Under the pieces are notes generated by a model. It saw only the letters and a program-made list of their open reading frames with translations. It was not told the DNA's origin and did no database searches. The position numbers were made by a program, and so were the translations under genes. A DNA stretch of 64,000 bases from a virus: positions 1 to 64,000 of the IMG/VR virus record IMGVR_UViG_3300013132_005564; one strand, 5' to 3'. Below, piece after piece: positions 39,301 to 47,675 of the stretch. Each line of letters begins with the position of its first letter. Within the stretch, counting starts at the first letter, position 1.

Positions 39301-42300
39301 GTCAGGAGGAGGTCTACAGGTTGCACGGCAGGTCGGACCTCGCAAGGAGGTTCGAGGACGTCTACCCGACACCGCCACCCGGCGGCGGGGCGGGCGGGGG
39401 CGGAAGCCCGCCCACGCCACCCAGACCGCCCGGGGGAGGACTCGGCCCAGGTGTGCCGTCGTCGCCGAGACCACCGAGGGCGGACGATCCCGACGTGCCC
39501 TCGGACGCTCCACCCGCCCCGGACGGGGGATGGCTGAGGGGCTCCGCAACGAGGACTACGGCTCCCGACGGCGGAAGGTTGAGGGGTTCGGCGACCAGGC
39601 CGCCGGCTTCGAGTCCGGACGAACCCGGAGACCCCGGTGAACCTCCGGCGTCCCCGCGGTTGCGCGGGACCGCAACCAGGCCGACGATTCCGATGCGTCC
39701 GTCGGACGAAGATTCCGAAGCTCCCGGCGACGCCCCGGAGCCCGGGGCTCCGTCGAGGGTCCGTGGCACGGGAGTCAGGAGACCGACCAGGCCGAAGACC
39801 GACGACGATCGCGTGGAGACGACCGACGACGATCTCATAGAGCCGACGATCAGACCCGAAACCGACGCGGACCGAGTGTCGCCCGAAAGACGGAGGGCCG
39901 ACACGGCACGGGAACGAAGGCGCCGCGAGGTCATGGGCGACGATGACGGCGACGACACGCCGACATCGGTGAGCGACCTGCTCGACGAAGGCAGGATGTG
40001 GGTCGGCGACACGCGGGATGAAAAACTCGGGAGAAGAAACACCTTCGTGGTGGAACCAGCGCGCAAATGGTATGGCGACGACGAAGAAACGTTCAGGGCG
40101 ATCGTTGGTCCGGACGATCTGGGCGAGAGACAAACCAAGCTGGATCTCGAGAGGAGAAGGGACGTCTTGCGTGAGTTGCTCGCCGACGTCCCCGCGGGAA
40201 CGCGAGACGAGGAATGGAATCAAAAAGAAAGAATGTTGGACCTTGCGCTCGGTGAAATCTACGCGCAGGAAAATACTCTTGGGTTGCCAGGACCAGAACG
40301 AATCAGCTACGAGGATGCGGTCAGGAAGAGGAACGCCCCGGCCAACGAGATGGCCGAGCGACGCGAATTGTTCACCGCCGAAGAATTCGACCAACTGGCG
40401 GAGACTGCGGTGCAACGAATCGAAAAAGGAAGACGAGGAAGCGATCTCGACCTTACTTCGCGTGAAACCATTAGGGAAATTCGCTCGGGCGCCAAGAAAC
40501 GTCAGTGGGCCATGAGAAGGCACGCCCAGTCGAAAGACCCACAGGAGCGAAGGGGCATGGACATCTTGAGGGCCGCCCAGGAACTAACACTGATGAACGA
40601 TTTGGGCGACGTGGATGATCGCCTCATGGACGAAGGACTGAAAGACTTGTCGGAACTCGCCGAACTCAACGGAACTCCCCTGTATAACGTTGGTGGCAGA
40701 AGCTTCACCCTGGAATCCTTGCTCCCCGACTGGAAACGGGACGGGACCGGATCCGCCGATCTCACCGACGCCGCGAGTCGCCTGGCGGCCCTGAACGAAA
40801 AGGGCCTGGTGTTCGGGGTTTTCACGGAGGAGGACGCGGACGATCTACTCACTCTCAGGGGGGCCAAACCCGACGCACCATCGTTCTCGGTGAGGGACGA
40901 GGCCGAATTGCCCAGGCAGAGGATCGGCGGCGACGGTGCCGATGCCGGCATGGCTGGCGGCGACAGATCCAGCAGGTGGAGCGTCGGCGTAGGAAAGAGC
41001 AGGGACGACGCCCAACGAAGAACCGACGATTTGGTCGACTACCTAGCCGAGGGGGACGGGGCGTATCAGACGCCCGAATGGTCGCGGAGTCAGGCTCAGG
41101 CGGCGAGGAACCAGGCCTACAAACAAAGACAGCGACGAGACAATCTGATCAGGAACCTGGAAGGCATTCGTAACGGAACAATCAATCTACCGGCGAACCG
41201 GCGCGAGCGATCGATCGAGGATCTACAGATCCAACTAGCCGACGCCGAGGCGAAGATACTCCAGCACGAAACGGCGGCGAGGCTGCTCGACCAGCACGCG
41301 GCGAACATAGACGACAGAGTTCGAGTGGACTCCCTCAGAACGCAAGTCGATTCGGATTTGGGACTTGACAACTTGAACCCGGTGAGCTCGCGCACATTCG
41401 GGGACGTCGACGGAATTCTCGGAATAGACGACGGAATGTTGATGGATGGCACGTTTGACGCCAGTGCCGGCATGGCGAGCGGCAACAGATCCAGCTCCCT
41501 CGGGAGGATCGCGAGGGGGAGCTTGAGGGACCGGGCGATGGCCAAGCTGCTCGACAAGGTCCTGGACAGGACCGGCGCGGACGAGGACACCAGGGATAAG
41601 GTGAAGATCGGCGTCGGGCTGGCGACGGCGTTCAGCGCGGGTGGGCCGGCCGGCGCGGCCACCTACGTGGCCGTCGAGGCCGCGAGGAGGGGTGGCAGGG
41701 ACCTCGCCGAGTTCACCATAGGCGAGTTGCTGAAGCGCGGCAAGATCGACGACGAGCAGGCCCGCAAGGCCATGGCCGCCGTGGACCGGATAGCCCCCGA
41801 TGGTCTGCCGGACGACGCGAAGAGGCGGCTCGGCAGGGCCTTCTCGGAGGCGGCCGACCTCTTCAACGAGAGAATAAACACCCCCGAAAACAGGAGAAGG
41901 CTCGCCGAGATGGGCGAGAACGTCGTTGATTCGGCGAGGCAGCGAGCCCGGGACCTGGGTGGGAGAGTCAGAAGACGGCGCGATTCCGACTCGCCGTTTG
42001 ACGCCGATCCTGACGGATTGATTTACGAAGGGCCGAGGTTTGACGACGGACCGAACGCCGGGATGGCGCTTTACAGGCAGCAGAACGTCGTCACAACGAC
42101 GAACGACCCGCCGACCTCAATGAACCCGGGAACGATAACGAGGGACGGAGGATTCCAGGCTAACACGTTTGATTTCGCAACTTACGAATTCGACGGGCCC
42201 GACGGCACGGAACGAATAATCTTCGAGGACCCGAATCTCGTCAACATGGACGATCCTTCAATTCGGGTCATCCCGAGAAATCCGTACGTGATCACCGGGG

Positions 42301-45300
42301 CCGACGAGTTGAGCGAAGAGGGTCGGAGCTTGGCGCGCAGGTACCATCTCGCAAAGGCCGGTTTGAGGGAGAGGAACCGTCTCGATGGCGTGAAGGACCA
42401 TTACGATGTTGACGGCTACGTCGATTCCCTGCTCTACAGGGCCTCAATGGGTGACCCGGAAGCCGAAGCGCTGATTGCTGAGTTGTCGGATCTTGGCGAG
42501 CAAATTCGGGAAGAGGCCAGGGCGCGGAGAATAGCGAAAGACCTAGGGGAGGCATTCGGAGAACAAGCCCAGTCGGAGATAGACAGGTCCAGGGGTGCCG
42601 CGACGCTGAAGGCTCTGACACCCGATAAATTGGCCCTGGTCCACGAGACGAAATACGAACCAAGAGTTCTCCCCGACGGCACCCTGGAGATCCGGCCGTT
42701 GGCCGATTTTCCGACGAACCCGCCTTCCGAAGATCTCGACAACATGGACGGGAAACCGACCTACCCGAACGTAAACTACCCGCGTCACACCGTGCACTTT
42801 GGGGTTGGCGGGTTGGCCAGTGGCCACGTTCAAAGACAGAGCCCCAAGGACATTGACCCGAACCAACGGGTGTGGGTGGTGGTGACCAATTTCAGTGAGG
42901 CCATGGATGCGAATCCCGGTTCCGTCGAAACGATGCTTCTGGAAGACACGAGTCTCACCCCGAGAGCCGGGGAGGGACTGAGATTTCCCCCGGGGACCTT
43001 CAGGATCGTGGAACTCACGGGGGACAAGAAGGCGGATGCCGCCACGATAGACGGGGCGATTCTGGAGGTCGGCGGAACCCCACTCCCGGAAACCATGGAC
43101 TATTCAACGTACGGCGGCCCGGCCAGGTCCCGGAGGATATCTCAAATGGCCGCCGAGTTGGGTTTCCCCGCCGAGCTGGATTCCACGCATCCGAGCTCCC
43201 TAGGCCATCGGGGCTCAATGGTTATGGGCAATTTCACCTCTCGGGCCAATGCTTACGCAACGGAATTGCCGATCGACGAAGAATCGCTCTCGATGCTCAG
43301 CGACAACAGTCTCGAGCGAATGAGCACCTCCACGCACACGTACGGCGGCGGGGTCGTTCGCTACGTGAATGATGGGGACAGGTCCATCGAACTTTTCCCG
43401 CCGGACCTACAGGAGCGAATCGACCAGGGGCTCATCAGCCCGCGCGACGCACAAAGAGAACTAATTGGCAGAGTCGAAGCCCGCAAGGCGGCACGCGCTC
43501 AATCCGCCGACGGGGCGAGCGCCGGCATGGCGAGGGGGGCGAGCGAGGAGATCTTCCTGCGACCCGACGGAACCTTCGACGTCGGCCCGGACACGGGTGG
43601 TCGCTCCGCCCTGCGACCGAGTCTCATCGACGACGAAGTCGCGGAACAGGCCATGGTCCAGGCGAGGCGGGAGGTGGTCAGCGAGGTTCTCGACAACCCG
43701 TTCGCTACCGACGGAGACTTCGGGCGCGCCTCACAGGCGATCGATCTGATGGAGGATGCGATCGGCGCGGACGCGGCCGAGCGGCTCAGGAACAGACTCG
43801 CGAGGGCTCAGGCGAGGCGAGACAGAAACATTCCCCAAATGTTGCCGGAAAAGAAACCGTACATGATCAGGCCCCCGCAACTTGGCGACGACTCGTTCGG
43901 GAATCGCGGCCGCAACGACGAAGTGGCGCGCGCCATGTCGCGCCCCGACGACCCGAGGAATCCGCCTCGCGCAGCCACGGCGAGATTGGCGCGCATGGAC
44001 ACCACCAACTCGTCAGTCGCGAGGGACATAACTTACGATCCGCAAAACGGAGACCTCACGGTCACCTACAACGACGACAGGGTCGTCACGTTCGCGGACG
44101 TGCCGTACGAGCGCGTGCGCAGGGCGGGTTTCGACGACCTGCCGGACGACCTGATCAGCGAACTGGAGAACGAACAGAACCAGATGCGCACCAGGCCAAT
44201 CGGCAGGATGTCCGACGGCAACCGGGCCCGCAGGAACGTCTCGGGCCCGAGACGATTGCTCTCCGAGGGGAACTTCCGATCCAACGAACGACGGCAACCG
44301 CCCGGCGCTGAGCAGTTTGACGACGGACCGTCGGCCGGCATGGGCCGAACGTACGAAACCCTGGTCGGCACGCACGCGAACGTCGTCTCCAGAAAACGAG
44401 ACGAGATAGCGAGGGCTCAACAAACGCTCGTCGGGATACGCACCCGCAGGAACGGGGGTTTGGTGACCAGGGAGGAGGCCGTGGCGGTCGCCGCCGCGTT
44501 CGAGGACCTGTTCTCCGGGGACATGAGGGTGCAGAACAATTTTGAGGGGAGGCTGAGAACGGAGTTGCTCAGCAACGGTCGCACCATGGTCAGGTTGGAT
44601 GCGCAAGTGAACTGGGACGAGATGGTCCAGGTCCAGGACCTGACGAGCATCCCCATAACCATGCAGATAAAGTCCGCCGACGGCAAAACGATTTACGGGT
44701 ACGCCTCGAGGAGGCTGGAGATAGGCGAGGACGGAATCGAGGTCCATCACGGTTCCCTCACCATCACGCCGGAGTTCCGCGGCATGGGGATAGCCAGCGA
44801 GTTCAACGCAAGGAACGAGAACATCTACAAAGCCCTCGGGGTCAGGAGCATAACGACCAGCGGATCCTCCTCCTCGGTTACGAGCACAAACAACCCGTTC
44901 GAGCACCAGGTGATCGGAACCGGCGCAACCCACTGGGCCCGCAACGGGTTCACCTGGAGGTATGATTACGCGAAACAAAAATTCATCGGAATCATAGACT
45001 CGGCATTGTCGGAGAAGCCGGGAATCTTCTCGGACGAGGAGAGGCAGAGGATATCCTCCCTGTACAAGAGGGGCCGATCCGGGGAGTTTCAGACGTCGGC
45101 GACCGCGGAAGAGCTGGTTGATTTTGAGGCCGCCGACAGATTGTTCGCCGAGGAAGGCGTGATCATCGAGTACAGGAGGGACCTGGCGCCCGCCGAGATT
45201 GCTGCTCCGAAACCTTCGAGACTCACCAGGATCGCCGACAGGCTCGGCCGGCGCTCCCGAAACCGGCGCGACGAAACGGACGGTTCGTCGTTCGGGCCGG

Positions 45301-47675
45301 CTCCCTGGGACCCGGATGCCGAGCTGGAGGAGGCGCTTGATGACAGGCGGGCCCGCCAAATCGCGGAGTCGCTGGCGGCGCTCGAGCGCCCGGATTGGAT
45401 CAGGGATTGGGACCCGGAAGCCGAAGCGGCGGAGACGAGGAGGGCTAGGTCGGCGGCGGAGGGACCGAACGCCGCCATGAGGGGGAGACGAGGCGGCGAC
45501 GCTGAAGCAGGGATGAGTGGTCTTGGCTTGCCCGAGGGCGAGGCGTTGGGGGCTGCGATGGACGAATTGAAGGATCTTAAGGTCACCCCGGAAATGATCG
45601 AGGAATCACGCAAACGGAGGAGAAAACGCAGCAGAGAAGCGCTCCTCGCCGATCCAGAACGCAGAGAAACACTGAAGCGCGTTCTTGGTGGTCGCGATCC
45701 TCTCAATCTCGACACCGATCAGATCGATGCTCCTAGACCGATTCTCAGAAGAACGAGGCGTGGAACGGAGGGAAGACTGAGGGGGGATCTAGGATACGAA
45801 GAATTGCCAGACTACGACCCCTTCAAGGAGCCGAATGGACGGTGGACCTTTGAATCGGACGGTAAGACGTGGCAGTGGAACGGCTCCGAATGGATAGATA
45901 TGACAAACCCACAAACGGAGACTTCTTCAAGGCTTCGCGGCACGGGAACCAGAAGATCGGGCGGCGACGCTGAAGCAGGGATGGGTGGTGGGGGCACCGA
46001 CAAACCGGTGGTCCGCACCGACGGGGAGGGAAGACCGCTCACTAGCGCTGCTTCCCCGCAACGGAGCGGAACGGCGACGGAAAACTACGAGGCGAACGTT
46101 CGGGGGATAGAGGACGACTCCCGATTAGTCCAATCGGAAATTGACGCCTTGGAGGCTGCGATAGCCCAGGCCGAGGCCACGGGGGAATGGAGGGGAGCCG
46201 ACTTCGGCGTCACTTTCCGGGACGTGGAACCGGAGGCGATGCCCACCCAGGCATACCTGACCAGGACTGCGGGCGGAACGAAGAATCCAAGAAACCTGAG
46301 CGCCGAAGAAACGAAACAAAACGACGCAATATCCAGGGCAAAAACGCGACTGGCGACGGCCAAAAAAGAGCAAGAGAGACTCGCTCGCGTGGCGACGGAC
46401 AAACGAACGCGCAGGGAACAGAACGTTCTCGACCTAGAGGACATCCCGGCGGAAGAGCTAGAACAACTCGTGGCCGAGGCGGAGGACATCAAGCGAGCCG
46501 TCGCGCAAAGAAACGAAGCTAGGGACAAACTCAGAAGCGACCCGAGATTCGCCGATTTGGACTGGGACCAACGAAACGTCGCCATAGACGCCGAATTGGA
46601 CCGAATGGGAATGCCCGACCCGCTATCCCCCGGGGCAGGAGAACGAGCGGCCATGCACGTGGGCACCGACACGCTCGAGAACGGCGTCTTGGACCCGGGT
46701 TTTACGGCCGGCGACGAAACGATGGCCGACGGGGGCGGCAACACCGGCTTGCTGAATCAAAACCAGATTCGCAACGTCCAACGACAAAGAGAAGAAACGG
46801 CGGGAAAACTCAAAGCGGCGGAACGCATAGTTGAGGAACTCAAATCCGGCACCACGACGATAACCCCACGAGACAAGACCGAAGCCGATTTGCTCAACGG
46901 ACTGACCAGTTCAACTAAATTTTCCGCCGGTCAATCTATGGATCTCGCCACGGCCAACCCGCGCGTCGATGCGGCGACCTTGTCGGGCAGAATCGCCGAG
47001 TTGCTGCGGGCCTCAATCGAAAGAGATGGCGCGTCATTGGCTAGACAGGATGCGATTCTGAAAAGGATCAGCGAAAGTCCCAAGTTCGGATACGTCAGCG
47101 CCTATCCGCTAAGACCGGAAGGAACGGTGACGGAAGGATACTTCGGTAGAAACTCGGGCAAGAAGGTTCCGGGGAACATCGGAACCTTCCTCACGGAAGT
47201 CGAGCGAAACGATCGCTTCCAGAGGACGCCCGACGGTTTCGTCAACGTGAAGGATAGACCCATGCTGTATCGCTGGCAGAACACGATAAGGGGAACCCAG
47301 TGGCTGGTGGTCGGAGGCGACGACACCGTCGTACGCGGATTCGGCAATAGCCCGGGTGACGAAGCCCAGATCCTCGGAATCAACAAACCCGTTTTCGGTT
47401 TCTCCTTTGGCAAGGCGTCGGCCGCCAACTACAGAACCGTGCTCAGCGACATAGGCATGGCCCTAGCCGCAAGAGCGGTATCGCTAAGGAGAAGCGGCGA
47501 AGAGGTCACCCCTGAATCCGTGATGCAGGCGCGCAGGAAAGTGGAGTCGTCAAGGATAATCATGCTGGCGAGAGGCGGAGCAACGATCGATGAGATAGCC
47601 CAAAAAACCGGACGAAGCTATCAATTCGTGAGCGAGTTGCTCAGGCTCGCCGGAGTCGAGGGCGGGCCCGCATGA
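36381..47675 (+). CDS. Giant (about 3760 aa) multi-module protein: zincin metallopeptidase, KTSC, GNAT, ART-like, C-terminal HTH
   Basis: HEFNH...YAGT...EFVAE; SS..RDITYDPQNGDLTVTYND...FADVP; LTITPEFRGMGIA...GATHWARNGF; 9 linkers. ATG 36381 is preferred over TTG 36330, which overlaps the -10 box. Confidence 0.85.
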   Translation: MSPISSSFPLNARLVAKHDRRSLYALKDGRLAFVDHATNRVFFDGGRDAGGRTYGSGHNAAWADSRIDSITRAGGSSAFFSFKAAKFGQTAMPVGEPVDEEPMEDTPFNRARRFIPKEFLEWSANYKPGDALPVMPPGYDKADHLDKHPANTDNYAQAGFSVDDVVVASLRAMGMPEVNPELAFMPEPGETETKGLPPLEVKGILGREIRDMARNIADSILTARGLWKDSLNKIRCGSGPNANRFTDIFGTGCDVPGSGVAGNVVGAVRGAVDLPGPADEIFGRVEGTREKLADVVEGSDLAATRGSLRSLLDRASTRARGGDTPHIIGDNPMDDHDPMAGMDRTGARYSDRTKGGGIRALVSRNIRKMRTKREEKRYDDAAQNYAKWQSSDDYRSWVAGLGREPTAPEKLDRFAQWSGLNPSRVARNPDGSPVMIDTGRVDAAGNPIMALKMEGDSSPHSFMGINDIAAGTGGKTMFEALVEQALDPVHGGGRLGMSDREKAKMKKQVEERLEEVVAQMIHAATSKGGPLMIEQVQPDGTVRRVPNPDPEVRARAVTAMPGYLRLKGVEFAGGDLANAVMVTSVNGFVQDPRDFAGGERVPLLDEFGIPRVDSAGMPMYRPLNLSGDLSAQQRGFAMQTGVYPEWLISGDSTPFHFQISIDPHFLTSERYRGEVAREFGAHHLGMEPSSKAFLAHTLDHEFNHVDDFAHRLSQRLGYTSESEFRMRLLDQWDPISQAYMSVRAGNEFVEVPGGIRPTSVRAGTIDLRADAKPGTFLRSQIDELDRILNHPDTTTVTTAVKQQALWMFYMNNLRFDEGIASAYARFSMDQGMNKKTVAERLETIRENLAARGYSEETGVPRMKFWDDMLDTPTGVWNPSTGRFDFSAGPFPANLSGMSPRGQARLDNAASNLIYGYIGGTYAGTHDFEFVAELRTQLNRPGALKDIREMLADTERNPYGVTEEEFFTTLAKFVGQEEVYRLHGRSDLARRFEDVYPTPPPGGGAGGGGSPPTPPRPPGGGLGPGVPSSPRPPRADDPDVPSDAPPAPDGGWLRGSATRTTAPDGGRLRGSATRPPASSPDEPGDPGEPPASPRLRGTATRPTIPMRPSDEDSEAPGDAPEPGAPSRVRGTGVRRPTRPKTDDDRVETTDDDLIEPTIRPETDADRVSPERRRADTARERRRREVMGDDDGDDTPTSVSDLLDEGRMWVGDTRDEKLGRRNTFVVEPARKWYGDDEETFRAIVGPDDLGERQTKLDLERRRDVLRELLADVPAGTRDEEWNQKERMLDLALGEIYAQENTLGLPGPERISYEDAVRKRNAPANEMAERRELFTAEEFDQLAETAVQRIEKGRRGSDLDLTSRETIREIRSGAKKRQWAMRRHAQSKDPQERRGMDILRAAQELTLMNDLGDVDDRLMDEGLKDLSELAELNGTPLYNVGGRSFTLESLLPDWKRDGTGSADLTDAASRLAALNEKGLVFGVFTEEDADDLLTLRGAKPDAPSFSVRDEAELPRQRIGGDGADAGMAGGDRSSRWSVGVGKSRDDAQRRTDDLVDYLAEGDGAYQTPEWSRSQAQAARNQAYKQRQRRDNLIRNLEGIRNGTINLPANRRERSIEDLQIQLADAEAKILQHETAARLLDQHAANIDDRVRVDSLRTQVDSDLGLDNLNPVSSRTFGDVDGILGIDDGMLMDGTFDASAGMASGNRSSSLGRIARGSLRDRAMAKLLDKVLDRTGADEDTRDKVKIGVGLATAFSAGGPAGAATYVAVEAARRGGRDLAEFTIGELLKRGKIDDEQARKAMAAVDRIAPDGLPDDAKRRLGRAFSEAADLFNERINTPENRRRLAEMGENVVDSARQRARDLGGRVRRRRDSDSPFDADPDGLIYEGPRFDDGPNAGMALYRQQNVVTTTNDPPTSMNPGTITRDGGFQANTFDFATYEFDGPDGTERIIFEDPNLVNMDDPSIRVIPRNPYVITGADELSEEGRSLARRYHLAKAGLRERNRLDGVKDHYDVDGYVDSLLYRASMGDPEAEALIAELSDLGEQIREEARARRIAKDLGEAFGEQAQSEIDRSRGAATLKALTPDKLALVHETKYEPRVLPDGTLEIRPLADFPTNPPSEDLDNMDGKPTYPNVNYPRHTVHFGVGGLASGHVQRQSPKDIDPNQRVWVVVTNFSEAMDANPGSVETMLLEDTSLTPRAGEGLRFPPGTFRIVELTGDKKADAATIDGAILEVGGTPLPETMDYSTYGGPARSRRISQMAAELGFPAELDSTHPSSLGHRGSMVMGNFTSRANAYATELPIDEESLSMLSDNSLERMSTSTHTYGGGVVRYVNDGDRSIELFPPDLQERIDQGLISPRDAQRELIGRVEARKAARAQSADGASAGMARGASEEIFLRPDGTFDVGPDTGGRSALRPSLIDDEVAEQAMVQARREVVSEVLDNPFATDGDFGRASQAIDLMEDAIGADAAERLRNRLARAQARRDRNIPQMLPEKKPYMIRPPQLGDDSFGNRGRNDEVARAMSRPDDPRNPPRAATARLARMDTTNSSVARDITYDPQNGDLTVTYNDDRVVTFADVPYERVRRAGFDDLPDDLISELENEQNQMRTRPIGRMSDGNRARRNVSGPRRLLSEGNFRSNERRQPPGAEQFDDGPSAGMGRTYETLVGTHANVVSRKRDEIARAQQTLVGIRTRRNGGLVTREEAVAVAAAFEDLFSGDMRVQNNFEGRLRTELLSNGRTMVRLDAQVNWDEMVQVQDLTSIPITMQIKSADGKTIYGYASRRLEIGEDGIEVHHGSLTITPEFRGMGIASEFNARNENIYKALGVRSITTSGSSSSVTSTNNPFEHQVIGTGATHWARNGFTWRYDYAKQKFIGIIDSALSEKPGIFSDEERQRISSLYKRGRSGEFQTSATAEELVDFEAADRLFAEEGVIIEYRRDLAPAEIAAPKPSRLTRIADRLGRRSRNRRDETDGSSFGPAPWDPDAELEEALDDRRARQIAESLAALERPDWIRDWDPEAEAAETRRARSAAEGPNAAMRGRRGGDAEAGMSGLGLPEGEALGAAMDELKDLKVTPEMIEESRKRRRKRSREALLADPERRETLKRVLGGRDPLNLDTDQIDAPRPILRRTRRGTEGRLRGDLGYEELPDYDPFKEPNGRWTFESDGKTWQWNGSEWIDMTNPQTETSSRLRGTGTRRSGGDAEAGMGGGGTDKPVVRTDGEGRPLTSAASPQRSGTATENYEANVRGIEDDSRLVQSEIDALEAAIAQAEATGEWRGADFGVTFRDVEPEAMPTQAYLTRTAGGTKNPRNLSAEETKQNDAISRAKTRLATAKKEQERLARVATDKRTRREQNVLDLEDIPAEELEQLVAEAEDIKRAVAQRNEARDKLRSDPRFADLDWDQRNVAIDAELDRMGMPDPLSPGAGERAAMHVGTDTLENGVLDPGFTAGDETMADGGGNTGLLNQNQIRNVQRQREETAGKLKAAERIVEELKSGTTTITPRDKTEADLLNGLTSSTKFSAGQSMDLATANPRVDAATLSGRIAELLRASIERDGASLARQDAILKRISESPKFGYVSAYPLRPEGTVTEGYFGRNSGKKVPGNIGTFLTEVERNDRFQRTPDGFVNVKDRPMLYRWQNTIRGTQWLVVGGDDTVVRGFGNSPGDEAQILGINKPVFGFSFGKASAANYRTVLSDIGMALAARAVSLRRSGEEVTPESVMQARRKVESSRIIMLARGGATIDEIAQKTGRSYQFVSELLRLAGVEGGPA

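Noticed and set aside
38334-40523. Long antisense and alternate-frame ORFs (also 11247-12788, 28758-30422, 44013-45359, 15065-16138)
   Set aside because: Shadow ORFs expected in GC-rich coding DNA; they overlap well-supported genes and show no motifs
13644-47675. Giant ORFs as tape measure or tail fibre proteins
   Set aside because: They lack tape-measure helical periodicity and fibre repeats, lie in the head module, and carry enzyme-like modules
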